Shown piece by piece: positions 11,123 to 27,370 of a stretch of DNA of 64,000 bases (its first letter is position 1; each line of letters starts with the position of its first letter). Source of the stretch: Eledone cirrhosa (lineage: Eukaryota); assembly GCA_964016885.1 (NCBI GenBank), contig OZ024759.1, positions 16,244,001 to 16,308,000 of the forward strand, given 5' to 3'. The notes beneath the pieces were generated by a model. It ran no database searches. It was given only the letters and a program-made list of their open reading frames with translations, and was not told the origin of the DNA. Position numbers and translations under genes: made by a program.

Positions 11123-11767
11123 CTGGAAAATGAATTATGTGAGGGCAATTCTAAAATGGATGATTTTCCTGATGAGGTGTTGAAAGAAATAGGAAAAATA
11201 TTCTATGACAGTGATATCTGTGAGAAGTCATTCACTCAAAAATATAGCCTAACAACTCATAAACGTATTCATACAACAGAGAAACTATATCACTGTGATG
11301 TCTGTGGTAAATCGTTCTCTTAGTCTAATCATTTAACTAGTCACATACGTATTCATACGGGAGAGAAACCGTATCGGTGTGATATCTGTGGTAAAGCTTT
11401 CTCTGCACCTGGTACATTAGCTAAACACAAGCCCACTCATACAGGAGAGAAACTGTATCACTGTAATATCTGTAGTAAATCATTCTCTCAAAAACATCAC
11501 TTAACTAGTCACATATACATTCATACAGGAGAGAAACCCTATCGCTGTGTTGTCTGTGGTGAACCATACTCTCGAAATGATGGCCTGGCTATTCACAAAC
11601 AAAAGCATACAGGTGAGAACGCATATTACTGTGATGTTTGTGTTAAAGCATTCTCTCGTATAAATATTTTAACTAAACACAGGCATATAGATACAGGAGA
11701 GAAACCATATCACTGTGATGTCTGTGGTAAATCGTTCTCACAAACATATAACTTCGCTATACTGTAA
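11123..11767 (+). pseudogene. C2H2 ZNF pseudogene (7 fingers, start CTG, internal TAG, 3' truncated by satellite)
   Basis: Reads [21 protein letters not shown]...[37 protein letters not shown]..., with TAG at 11321-11323. The last finger is cut at the 49-bp satellite, which supplies the TAA at 11765. Confidence 0.88.
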
Positions 11768-13006
11768 AGTAGTCATGTACGAGACACAGTAAGAAAGCTC
11801 CCAGTCCACACTGTAAAGTGGTCATGTAGGAGACACATTAAAAAGGCTCCCAGTCCACACTGTAAAGTAGTCATGTAGGAGACACAGTAAAAAGGCTCCC
11901 AGTCCACACTGTAAAGTGGTCATGTAGGAGACACAGTAAAAAGGCTCCCAATCCACTGTAAAGTGGTCATATAGGAGACAGTAAAAAGGCTGCCAGTCCA
12001 CACTGTAAAGTGGTCATGTAGGAGACACAGTAAAAAGGCTCCTAGTCCACACTGTTAAGTAGTCATGTAGGTGACACAGTAAAAAGGCTCCCAGTCCACA
12101 CTGTAAAGTGGTCATGTAGGTGACACAGTAAAAAGGCTCCCAGTCCACACTGTAAAGTGGTCATGTAGGAGTCACAGTAAAAAGGCTCCCAGTCCACATT
12201 GTAAAGTGGTCATGTAGGAGACACGGTAAAAAGGCTCCCAGTCCACACTGTAAAGTGGTCATGTAGGAGACACAGTAAAAAGGCTCCCAGTCCACACTGT
12301 AAAGTGGTCATGTAGGAGTCACAGTAAAAAGGTTCCCAGTCCACACTGTAAAGTGGTCATGTAAGAGACACAGTAAAAAGGCTTCTAGTCCACAGTGTAA
12401 AGTAGTCGTGTAGGTGACACAGTAAAAAGGCTCCCAGTCCACACTGTAAAGTGATCATGTAGGAGACACAGTAAAATGGCTCCTAGTCCACACTGTAAAG
12501 TGGTCATGTAGGAGACACATTAAAAAGGCTCCCAGTCCACACTGTAAAGTGGTCATGTAGGAGGAGACACAGTAAAATGGCTCCCAGTTCACAGTGTAAA
12601 AGTAATCATGTAGGAGACACGGTAAAAAGGCTCCCAGTCCACACTGTAAAGTGGTCATGTAGGAGACACAGTAAAAAGGCTCCTAGTCCACACTGTAAAG
12701 TGGTCATGTAGTAGACACAGTAAAAAGGCTACCAGTCCACACTTTAAGGTGGTCATGTAGGAGACACAGTAAAAAGGCTCCCAGTCCACACTGTAAAGTA
12801 GCCATGTAGGAGACACAGTAAAAAGGCTACCAGTCCACACTGTAAAGTGGTCATGTAGGAGACATAGTAAAATGGCTCCCAGTCCACACTGTAAAGTGAC
12901 CATGTAGGAGACACAGTAAAATGGCTCCCAGTCCACACTGTAAAGTAGTCATGTAGGAGACACAGTAAAATGGCTCCCAGTCCACACTGTAAAGTGGTCA
13001 TGTAGG
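11761..13006. repeat. 49-bp tandem satellite, ~25 monomers
   Basis: Monomer actgtaaagtggtcatgtaggagacacagtaaaaaggctcccagtccac; starts at 11761 and 11810 confirm the period. Confidence 0.95.
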
Positions 13007-13152
13007 TGTTACAAAGAAATTAAAAACATGATCATTACTTATTTGAACAGTAATACATCATTTTTTAACTAACAAAACTTCAAATAAGTAACAATTGTGT
13101 TTTTAATTTCTTTCTTAGTCTCATATTGGTGATAAAAAAACCATGAACTAAT

Positions 13153-13243
13153 AATGTTTCTACTTTTCGCACAAGGCCAGCAATTACTCCAGTGCATAAC
13201 TGGTGCTTTATTTTATCGACCCCATAAGGATGAAAGGCAAAGT
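13153..13243. mobile_element. SINE fragment (related fragment at 7188-7285; both present in each complete unit)
   Basis: Shared motif caaggccagcaatt...ctggtgctttattttatcgacccc..aaggatgaaaggcaaagt, which resembles octopus SINE bodies from memory. Confidence 0.55.
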
Positions 13244-13310
13244 TACCCAGAACAACCTGGTTCTGAGATAATCTTTCTTCAAATCTTGGATAATGGCAGG
13301 AATTAATTAT

Positions 13311-14333
13311 TATAAATATATATATATATAACAGAGGATGTCTGTCTGTGTGTGTAAATCCCTAAAACGCAAAAAGTACCCGACCAATTTTTTTCAAACT
13401 TTGCACATGCGCTACTTATATTTTTAACTTTTTATGCCCTACGACCTGCATCAGTCGAAAAGCCGCATTTTAAATGCATTTTTAGGCTTTTTTGAAATTT
13501 TTCGAAATTTGCAGCACACATTTTTCGATTCCATTAATGGTTTTTAGGAAATTTACGAATTAGCATTGGACATTACATGCCATTTTCATTTTCAATATAA
13601 ACACTACTTAAACATCGTAAGTAGCGTATATTTTGTTAAAAATTTTGTTTATTTAGCAGAGGACAGAATACTTACTTACTTTTAAGCAGGACCATTTTTG
13701 GGGGATTGAGGAAATGAGGAGGACCTTAAAATTTTTGTCGGGGCTTCGTCCTTTCATCACGTGCAAATCCGGGCCCTGTGTACGTTGCCGTGTTACTGAC
13801 ACCATAAAACTCACCTCTGTGCTACTTCTACTAAGACCCCTTTTGTTGCACCTACACTGCAGCATGAACAGTGGTTGTGCTAATTCTGCAGTGACCCCTT
13901 TTGTTGCTGTGTAAATGCAGTGCCACCCAGCATTTGTGCTAATTGCACTATGAACTCCCTTCTGCTGCAGCTGTGTTGCCACGCTGATTTTGTCATCTCA
14001 ACATCCCTACGTGGTTTTCACACAATGGACTACGTCACTCCTTCAGACTGACATGTCTTCCCCATCCGTGACGTAATTCGTGAACAGACTTACAACATAC
14101 ATCGCCCCACAACACCTTCTTAATCCTATTGCATACAGGATTTCCGCAATCAGCACACTGACACTGTTACTCCTGGATTCAGCCTGCATATGTTCCACGT
14201 TTCCAGTAGATGAACAATCATTCTCCGAGAATAAGGGATTTCAAAAAGTACACAGCTACATTCCTCAATCTTTGCATATGCATTTTGCTATTTCACGTTT
14301 CCTACTCCGTGCAACGCCGGGTCTTGCTGCTAG
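13311..14333 (+). mobile_element. Older non-autonomous Helitron shared by all units (also 1-458, 28755-29777, 44109-45062 with 3' end deleted, 58267-59289)
   Basis: 3' hairpin ccgtgcaacgccggg followed by CTAG|T. The 5' end tataaatatatata..acagaggatgtctgtctgtg resembles the 5' end of the 46689-47820 element, with the TC degenerate. Confidence 0.72.
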
Positions 14334-14534
14334 TATATATATAATTCGTTTTTGAATTTGTTTTGAGAGATTTCTTATCTGAAAACGTGTTGAACAGAGA
14401 TCGTTATACTTTGGGAGACTCATGTTGTCAATAAAAACACACACACCTGTTGGTTTTCACTTCAATTTATTATAAATTTCTGGTTGGTTGGTTGATTCGA
14501 TAACTGGAAGGACAGAACAAAGAAGAGACAAACC

Positions 14535-14579
14535 TTGTCACTGAGGAGGTCACAGAATGTGACGAAAGAGCTTTGACAA
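14535..14579 (+). ncRNA. Hammerhead motif family A, unit 2
   Basis: As 660-704, with G as the extra base after the core. Confidence 0.65.
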
Positions 14580-14770
14580 TATATATAAACAACCTTCCAG
14601 TTATTCAACCAACCAACCAGACATTTATAATAAATTGAAGTGAAGACCAACAGATGTGTGTGTTTTTATTGGCAATATGACCCTCCCATAGTATAACTAT
14701 ATATATATATATATATATAAATCTGAAATGATGTATCGGAGAAGTCAGGAAAATTAAACCTTGTGCATAT

Positions 14771-14814
14771 CAACCCTGATGGGACTTGAACCCACAATCT
14801 TCGGCTCTGAAGGC
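14771..14814 (-). pseudogene. 3' half of a tRNA-Arg-like sequence, either a tRNA pseudogene or a SINE head (copies 894-937, ~30207, ~59727)
   Basis: Minus strand gccttcagagccgaagattgtgGGTTCAAGTCCcatcagggttg has a T arm and B box; the 5' half is absent. Confidence 0.55.
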
Positions 14815-16795
14815 TTATTATTATTATTTTTTAAAATTAAATAGGAAAGCGGGGTCTTTGGAGTGAGGTTACTCGATACAGTAGTGTGTAGTTTGGAGAT
14901 GAGAGTCAGTCCAGGTAGAGCTGCTACTTCTCCAAATTGAGAAATCACAGCTCCAGTATTATGGGTATGTGGTTAGAATGTTTCAGGAAAGAATTGCTGG
15001 ACATATTTACAGGCAAAACCAACCTACTGGGGACCAAGGGGCAGACCCCAAGCAAGATGGTTGGATAACATCCATGAGCTTGGCTGATCTCGCTTGGGGA
15101 TCCAGCAGGATCAATTGGAGACGGAAGTAGTGTTTGAGGACTCTATCTCCATGACCCTCTCAGGAATAAATGGTCGAAGAAGAAAAAGAGGCAAAAATGT
15201 TTTAAATCATACGATTTAATATAAAAGAAAGTTGGTATACAGTAATTTACAGATATTGCCAGAAATGTCATGTTCTCTGGCGAATATTTACGAAGATAAC
15301 CAGGACTGCAAGTCTCTGCTTCAGATAAAATATTGAATTATTATTATTTAATATATTTATTATACTTAGATATCAATCAATGTTGTAGAATTTGTATACA
15401 TACATCATATGATGGCTGCCCCCTCGTTATCGAGTATGGCCATTGCACAAAAAAAAAACAAAAAAACACATATATTAATAATTAACTGTGCTGCAACCGA
15501 ATGTGGCTTTTTAGCCCAGCCAATTAACTAAAATATCTTGCAGGGTTGGCAACCAAAACATTCACTGGTAACAGCCGGCTGTGGTTGGACTTCATGTACT
15601 TTTGCATGTCGTTTGAGCCCTTCTGCTGATCTACACTCTTTTCCACATGCTTGACAGGTATGATGAGTAGCATCTCTGACAGCAGCCTGGTAGGCAACCA
15701 CTGGTCTCACTTTATTAGAGCGAAGATGACTTTCGAGTCAAGCTTTGCTGAGGCAGAGTCTTGCACAGACGCTGCATGTCAGCGTCATAGAAGGACCTTT
15801 GTTGTCTGGAAATGTAACAGCAATGGCTTTCCTAACATCCCTTTTTACTTTCTCGTATGCGATTCGAGATGCTTCAAAAGCAACTTTCTCCTCATTTACA
15901 CTCTTTCTCCATTTATTATGATCAGCAGCTACGCTTTCCCATGTATCAGCAGAGTTGTTAGCGTCTTTCAAGGAGGCTTTCAACAAATCCTTATACCTCT
16001 TTTTTGGTTTATGTGGAGGTCGTTTCCCTATAACTAACTCTCCATAAAAAGAGTTCTTTTGGTATTCTAGAATCTTTAAGGTGGTGTCAATATGTGACCC
16101 AGGTCTCGCAGGCATAAAGAAGAGAAGAGAGCATACATGATTTGTACACCTTTGTCTTGCCAACCCCAGAGGCGCCTTTCTAGCTCTCCCAATCCTGAGT
16201 GGAATTTAATTATCAAGATTGCTGTATTAATTGACAGTGCTTCCCAGGTAGACAAACTGATCAACCACTCTAAGTCGTTTACCATACACATAGATATTTC
16301 GTTCACTGTACTGCGTAGTGAGCATCTTATTTCCATGAGAATTCCGTTGGACAAAGGAAGGTATGCAACCCTGGTGAGTGTGTATACTCCAACTATGAAG
16401 TCTGTTGATGAGGAAAAAGTATCTTTCTACCATGCTTTGAAAGGTGTTATAAGAAATATCCCTCAGGTAGACAAGGTAATCGTGCAGGGTGACATTAATG
16501 CTAGAGTGGGTACAGATTTTAACACGTGGACTGTATTCGGAAGGCTACAGCCAGCCATTCAGTTGAGAAAAAAATCTTATAAATAATAACATTATCAATA
16601 ATTATTAATTAGTGTTATCGTGCAATGCCCATGCGTGAAAATTTTCAAACATACATATATTTGCATACAGAGACCTGATTTCAGATAGAACTCATCAGAT
16701 TGGACCAAGTCTTTCCCATTGCTAATACTATCTACCGGTTGCAACTCAACTCCGGTATATATGTTATCATAGAATGACTTTTGAAATAGGTACTG

Positions 16796-20177
<3,382 letters not shown>

Positions 20178-20877
20178 TCATCAGGGAAATCATTCTTTCC
20201 AGAATGATTCTCACATTTCCATAATTTTTCTTCTCTCACCTCACAATAAATATATAATCCTTTACATCTTATTATTAACAAATATTTCTATTGTCATATT
20301 TCCACCAGTTGCGAATGATGTTGATACCTGAAGACAAGGAAGACACTATTGTATTATAATTGGATTTCCAAACAGTGAAATAAAAAAGATTTGGCTATGA
20401 ATCTTCCCGAGGGTAAATACTCCAAAGATTTATATAAAGGATTTTATATCTCTTCTGGTCTTTAAAAGATGATAAATATTCATGATTATACCAATGTTAT
20501 CCAATACTCTGAAATAAGAAAGAAACAGTATAAGATATAAAGGTTACTTTAAAGTAGAAATTTAATGGTGGAAATAATACCACATTTCAATATTAATGGG
20601 AATTGTTGATATAATTTATATCAACATTATATATTATTTATATTAACTCTTTTGTGTTCAGGGGAAGTTTTATATTATAAACCTTCCCCTGAACACAAAA
20701 GAGTTAGGACTCCTCCTCAGTTGTGTCCAAGACATGCCAACCTCCCTATTGCAGGTGCCATGATAAAATGCAATACACATATATACACATTATATATACT
20801 CTCGGGTCCCAAATAATAGGGGGAGGGGTTAGAAAATCGCAAATTTTTCTAGGTTGTCTCCACGATTAATCCAGATC

Positions 20878-22134
20878 CATGAGAAGAATTAGCCACTATA
20901 GTTAGCTTTTGTTGATCTGGAGAAGGCCTTTGATAGGGTACCCCGATCTGTCATCTGGTGGTCCCTAAGGAAACTAGGTGTAGAGCAATGGCTTGTGAGG
21001 ACACTGCAAGTTATGTACAGGGGTGCTGTCAGTAAAGTGAGAATAGGAATGGAGTTTAGTGAGGAATTCCGGATACAAGTAGGTGTACATCAAGATTCTG
21101 TCCTCAGCCCACTCTTGTTCATTATAGTCCTCCAAGCCATAACGGAGGAGTTGAAGACTGGATGCCCATGGGAACTTCGCTATGCTGATGATCTGGTTCT
21201 TATAGCAGAATCAGTAAAGGAGCTAGAGAATAAATTCTGGCTATGGAAACAGCAGTTGCAATCAAGAGGAGTGAGAGTGAACATAGCTAAGACAAAAGTG
21301 TTGATAAATAGAAGAGAGCACAATACTCTGATTCCATCAGGGAAATGGCCATGTTCGATATGTAGGAAAGGAACTGGCATAAATTCCATAAAATGTACAC
21401 AATGGAGATCTTGGGTACACAAGAGATGTAAGGCAGGGAAAACTATGTATGCACTAGATGCACAGGGAAAGTTGGCAGTAGTAATCGCTGTGATAGACTT
21501 GTTTTTCCAATGCAGGTGGGTTCTATAGAAGTGGTTGATAGCTTCCAGTACCTAGGTGATCAGATTAGCATGGGAGGGGGGTGTTCTGAGGCCATAGTAT
21601 CTAGAATAAGGACGGATTTGAAGAAGTTTAGGGAGTTGCTTCCTCTGTTGACAAAGAAGGGTTTCTCCCTGTGTATGAAAGGATGGTTATATGATGCCTG
21701 TGTGAGATGCGCGATGCTGCATGGTAGTGAGACATGGGCAGCAACTGCAGAAGATATAAGACAGCTGGAGAGAAATGAAGCAAGTATGCTCCGTTGGATG
21801 TGCGTGAACGACCAAGCATAGACGAGTTGAGAAAGAAACTGGGTATAAGAGGGATAAGTTGTGGTGTGCAGGAGAGAAGGCTGAGATGGTATGGACATGT
21901 GATGCGCATGGAGGATGACCGATGGGTGAAGAAGTGCCAGGAATTCCCAGTGGAGGGAAGACGCAGTAGAGGTAGATCACATAAAACATGGGCGGAGGTG
22001 GTGAGAGCAGACCTCAGATTGCTGAAACTCACCGAGGAGATGACGAAGGACCATGACAAGTGGAGGGATGCTGTGCTGAATAGGACCCGTCCAACCCTTG
22101 TAAGCAGGGAAAAGCGAACGTAAAATGATGATGA
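20878..22134 (+). mobile_element. RTE-clade LINE fragment, unit 2
   Basis: Paralogue of 5319-6575. Confidence 0.9.
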
Positions 22135-23488
22135 TATGGAAGCGGGTGGCCTAATGGTAAGGGTATTGGACTTCTGACCATAACGTTATGGATTCAATTC
22201 CTGGACTGGGTTGTGTGTTGAGTTCTTGAGCAAAACATGTTTGGACCATATCCTTGTGGTTGTGTTTATAGAAAATTATTTATTTCCCATTGCAATTTCT
22301 CATAACATTAGATCATTTGCAATATTTAGCAAAACATTTCATTTCACTTTACTACTACTGTTACAAATACGAAAGTTACTACTACTTCTATAGTAATTTT
22401 GGGGTGATGTATACGTCTGTCTCGATAAGATAACTACCAGATTTGAAAAAAAAAAAAAAGAAATTAGTAAACGTCAATATTATCGAGTAAACCACTCATG
22501 GTGTTGCTTGACCTGTCTCATGCAAATGAAACGGAAAGACGGCAGCACACCCTAGCCCCGTAAAGTGGGATGGCTATTGCTGCGGGTCTCTCTGTCAATT
22601 TTCAGGGCAGGGCACGACTGAGGCTCCGCTCAAACTGGGGTGTAGTGTCTGTCCCTTCCACATTGCTCCCTTTAATAGTGTTTTGTATTTATTAGATTTT
22701 TCTCAATTATTTTTATGTAGTAATTTACTTATTAAAAAAAAAAGTAATGGTTTCTAATTTAAGGACCAGGCCAACAATTTTAGGGAAGGGGCTAAGTCGT
22801 TGAAACACCCAAATGCGTTGCGACTACTTTATTTTATCGACCGCGTAATAATAATTTTTATTAAGTAAGAGAAATTTGAAGGGAAGTAAATCTTGTTGCA
22901 TATTGAAGAAGGACAGCACAATTTCTTTCCCTTTGATTGTTATTCTAATCTGTTTAAAAGTAACTTCACTACATAAAACCATTTCCGTTGCTAATTTTCT
23001 CCTTTTTCATAACATTTTAGTTTATTATATATATCGTCTTTTTTTAATGTATCATCGATTACTTTACTGATTACAAAAGAGAGTATAACATTTCATTCAA
23101 TTTCTGCGCATATTATCAATTACGATTTCATTTTTACATGTATATATACTTGAGTATAATATAATTATGCACATTACACGTGCTAGCAGAAAACCAGCTG
23201 GGGGGTGGACTTTCTGCTAGTATATATAATGCTTTTGTTTGTATGTGTGTGTGACTGTGTATATATGTATGGGTGTGATCTCGTACATTGCCTCTCGCTC
23301 AATTTAATACTTACATATATATATATATATATCAATATAGTCAGAATTTCGGTAGATGGCGTCCCTCGGAGAAAATAGGAAGTGACAAACGTTTCCTTAC
23401 ATCTATTTTCTTTCTTTTCTGTCGTTTTATTGGATTTTTCCAAATTTATAGGCTTTTGTGGGGGAACTTTCAATGTTCTTATGTCTTT

Positions 23489-23550
23489 ACGGCCTGAAGA
23501 GCTCAGGCTATCATAACTGATAGTCCTCGGTGAAATATGTATATCGGCGT
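23489..23550 (+). ncRNA. Hammerhead motif family B, unit 2
   Basis: Identical to 7929-7990. Confidence 0.65.
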
Positions 23551-24428
23551 TTTAAATAAACCTGAATCAACTGAATATGGTCTCCGATCTTTTAATATAT
23601 ATATATATAATGTATGTGTGTGTGTTTGTATGTATATATGTGTTATTATGTATATATATGAGTGTATATCTATATATATATTTTTTTATAATTCCAAGGT
23701 GTTAGTGGAATTATAATAGAAGAGGAAATCAAATTAATGTTGAAATACAACAGAGAGGAATTACACATCTTACGACAACTGCCAACATTTTAAAATACTT
23801 CTGCGCAAGGATTCTATTTTTACGACTATGTTGTGCGGTCCTGTTTTAGTTTGTTTGATAAAAGCAAAACAGACTAATTAAAAATTGTATAAGCAGTTTA
23901 ATGACTGAAAGCAGTAAAAATAATTTAAAATACAAATACAGTCTAGTAAATTAAAATTAAAATCAAAATTAAAATTAAATTCTCCGACCGCAGCACAGCT
24001 GAAAAAAATAATATTCTTCCGCAGGCTACGAAACAAAGAAGTACTCGAAGTTCTTCAAAGATTTAATGTTTTCAGGTTTTTTTTCTTTTCGTTGTCTTCC
24101 TGTATGTCAACTTTGATCATCCCGAAGGATTCTGAGTGTTTGGACATTCGACAACATCGATACATGTCAATTAATCAATCGAGAGTGTCTGATGTACACA
24201 ATAGCTCCCGCAATGTTTCATTCATTGTTGTTTATCAACCAAAAGCTTCGTGTTGTTCATTCCCTGTACGTCTTTTACAGAGCAGCTTTTTTTTAATACG
24301 AGCGAGACACGGTCAACCGACCAATCTTGACTCAAGCGGTACAATTCCCGTCTTACCCAAGCTAGCGTGGAAGATAGACGTTAAACGATGATGATGATGA
24401 TATATACATATATGTATATATATATACG

Positions 24429-24482
<54 letters not shown>

Positions 24483-24485
<3 letters not shown>

Positions 24486-25237
24486 AACGAGTAGGACCCC
24501 AATCGAAGGGTGAGAGCATAGGGTTCGGAGGGGGAGATTTGTAGGTAATAAATCCGAATCTCTCCTTGGTACCGAAGTCCTGATTGTCGCAATATCTGTC
24601 GTAGAAAAAAGTTCTCCATCTAAGTCTTTTCGCAAATAGATCGATTTTTTGCGTGAGCATCCGAAGGTCAAGTTTTTTCGGTGGGACTGGGATGTTCTTG
24701 GTAGAGAAGTCGATGTTGTGTTTTCGCATGGTGCGGGTGAAAGAACTTGAGCTTAGCGGAAAAGTCTGGATACGGCGTGGTAGGGTCGGATAGTGCTCTA
24801 CTACGGGAATAGGAGCTAGATAACGAAGGAAATGTGGTAAGGAACCAGGTGGACCATAACGCACCAAAGTACTCATTTCCTTCGTTATATATATGAATAT
24901 ATATATATATGAAAGGTAGAGTTAATAACTCTAATATATGTAGTAATAAACACAGTAAATCGTGTGTCTAATATTACGAGGGTTAAAGAACCACATTTGT
25001 TTGAAATATTTAACAAAGAAGCAGACAGAATGATAAAAATAAAATTAAATTATACAGACCGTCTAAATAACGATTACATCTCTCGGACAGAGTAATCTGT
25101 TTCGTCCTGATGGTGTTTGTAACAGATAATCCACGGGCATCATCAGCGAGAGAATCTGTATTAGGTGAATTAGTATGAGGTGTTTGTCGCATTTAATCAG
25201 ATTCTCTCGTTGATGATGCCCGTGGATTATCTGTTAC
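24483..25237 (-). mobile_element. Penelope-like fragment, unit 2
   Basis: Paralogue of 8897-9635. Confidence 0.75.
25079..25153 (-). ncRNA. Hammerhead motif family C, unit 2 (mismatch in stem II)
   Basis: As 9477-9551 but stem II is GCCC/GGAC. Confidence 0.7.
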
Positions 25238-26455
25238 CCACTCCGTAGCTTCCATCAATTTTCATTGCACTGCACTTTTTTATACAGCTGTCGTCCTTCA
25301 TACGCATCACATTGCCATACCAATGCAATCTCCTCTCCAGAACACATTTGATACCTCTTATGCTTAGTCTCTCTCTCAATTCGGTTATGCTTCGCTGTTC
25401 ACGCACATTACTATTACACATCCATCGGAGCATGCAAGCTTCATTTCTTTCTAATCGATGCAAGTCTTCAGGACACGAGGCCCAGGTCTCACTACCATGT
25501 AATATCGCCGTTCGTATACAAGCATTATGCAATCTGCCTTTCACCTTTAGAGGAAAACCCCTTGTGGCCAACAGTGGTATTAGCTCTCTGTACTTTTTCT
25601 ATCCGTCAGGCTACTACATTCTCAGAGAACCCTCCACCATTGCTGATTTTGTCACCCAGGTAATGGTAAGTGTCTATTTCTATAGAACCAGCTAGGCAGT
25701 TGAAGGAGATAGCATGCAATGGATCATTGCTACTTACTGCACCTGAGCATCGGCCTCATATAAAATCTACATTCTTAGATAACTTACCTGTGATCCCACT
25801 ACATCTTTTATGTACCCATAGTTTGCATTTGGGGCATAGAATTCAATTTCTACCTACTCCTTTCTTACACACTGAGCATGGCCATTTCCCAGAGGGCACC
25901 TGTGCCCTATTCTCCTTTCTACATACTAGAACTTTAGTCTTAGACAAGTTAACTCTAAGGCCTTTTGATTCTAGGCTATGTTTCCATGTCTGGAACTTCT
26001 TCTCTAGTTCAGCCATGGATTCAGTTATGAGAGTTAGATCATCTGCATATAGAAGTTCCCATGGGCAGCCAGTCTTAAATCCTTCTGTTATAGCCTGTAG
26101 GACAATAATAAATAGGAGGGGGCTAAGGACGGAGCCCTGGTGAACCCCTACTATTACGCTTAATTCTTCACTATATTCATTGTTAAGTCTAACCTTGCTG
26201 ACTGTTCCTCTATATATGGCTTGTATAGCTCTCACAAGCCATTTCTACTCCTAGTTTTCTAAGAGCCCACCAGATTAAGGTGTGTGGGACTCTGTCAAAG
26301 GCTTTCTTCACATCAACAAAAGCTAAGTAGAGGAGTTTACTGTTAGCTAGGTACTTCTCCTGTAGTTGCCGTACAAGGAAAAGAGCATCCGTGGTGCTTT
26401 TACCTGGCACAAACCCAAACTGCATTTCATCTAGATCAATTCGGTTCCTAATTGT
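25238..26455 (-). mobile_element. RTE-clade LINE RT fragment, unit 2
   Basis: Paralogue of 9636-10852. Confidence 0.9.
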
Positions 26456-26725
26456 GGTTAGGAGGAGAAGGATGGATATAAATCTGTATTTTGAAGTGTC
26501 TGCTATATCTTATACTGTTTCTTTATCATTTCAGAATATCTGATGACACTGGGATAAATGAACTACACTATTGACATCAGCGTGATTTGAACTCAGAGCA
26601 CAGACTACCAGAGTAAATACCGTAAAGCATTTCTATCTGTCATTCTGACTCTTTACTGGCTAAGAAATAAGAAATATAGAAGAAATATTTAAGAATAAAG
26701 TATCAAAACAAAGAGAGGAAAAATT

Positions 26726-27370
26726 ATGGAAAATGAATTATGTGAGGGCAATTCTAAAATGGATGATTTTCCTGATGAGGTGTTGAAAGAAATAGGAAAA
26801 ATATTCTATGACAGTGATATCTGTGAGAAGTCATTCACTCAAAAATATAGCCTAACAACTCATAAACGTATTCATACAACAGAGAAACTATATCACTGTG
26901 ATGTCTGTGGTAAATCGTTCTCTTAGTCTAATCATTTAACTAGTCACATACGTATTCATACGGGAGAGAAACCGTATCGGTGTGATATCTGTGGTAAAGC
27001 TTTCTCTGCACCTGGTACATTAGCTAAACACAAGCCCACTCATACAGGAGAGAAACTGTATCACTGTAATATCTGTAGTAAATCATTCTCTCAAAAACAT
27101 CACTTAACTAGTCACATATACATTCATAAAGCAGAGAAACCCTATCGCTGTGTTGTCTGTGGTGAACCATACTCTCGAAATGATGGCCTGGCTATTCACA
27201 AACAAAAGCATACAGGTGAGAACGCATATTACTGTGATGTTTGTGTTAAAGCATTCTCTCGTATAAATATTTTAACTAAACACAAGCATATAGATACAGG
27301 AGAGAAACCATATCACTGTGATGTCTGTGGTAAATCGTTCTCACAAACATATAACTTCGCTATACTGTAA
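26726..27370 (+). pseudogene. C2H2 ZNF pseudogene, unit 2 (ATG intact, internal TAG at 26924)
   Basis: 66-aa track ORF 26726-26926 followed by in-frame fingers. Confidence 0.88.

Noticed and set aside
12455-13001. Short ORFs in the satellite (MTTLQCGLGAF...) and in the 37-bp minisatellite at 47079-47429
   Set aside because: These are by-products of repeats whose period is not a multiple of three.
11761-13006. CRISPR-like regular repeat array
   Set aside because: Monomers are contiguous with no unique spacers, there are no cas genes, and the context is eukaryotic. It is a satellite.
13653-14355. Protein-coding genes for the 109-aa, 66-aa and 91-aa ORFs
   Set aside because: They lie within the non-autonomous Helitron, have no recognisable domain, and some use non-ATG starts.
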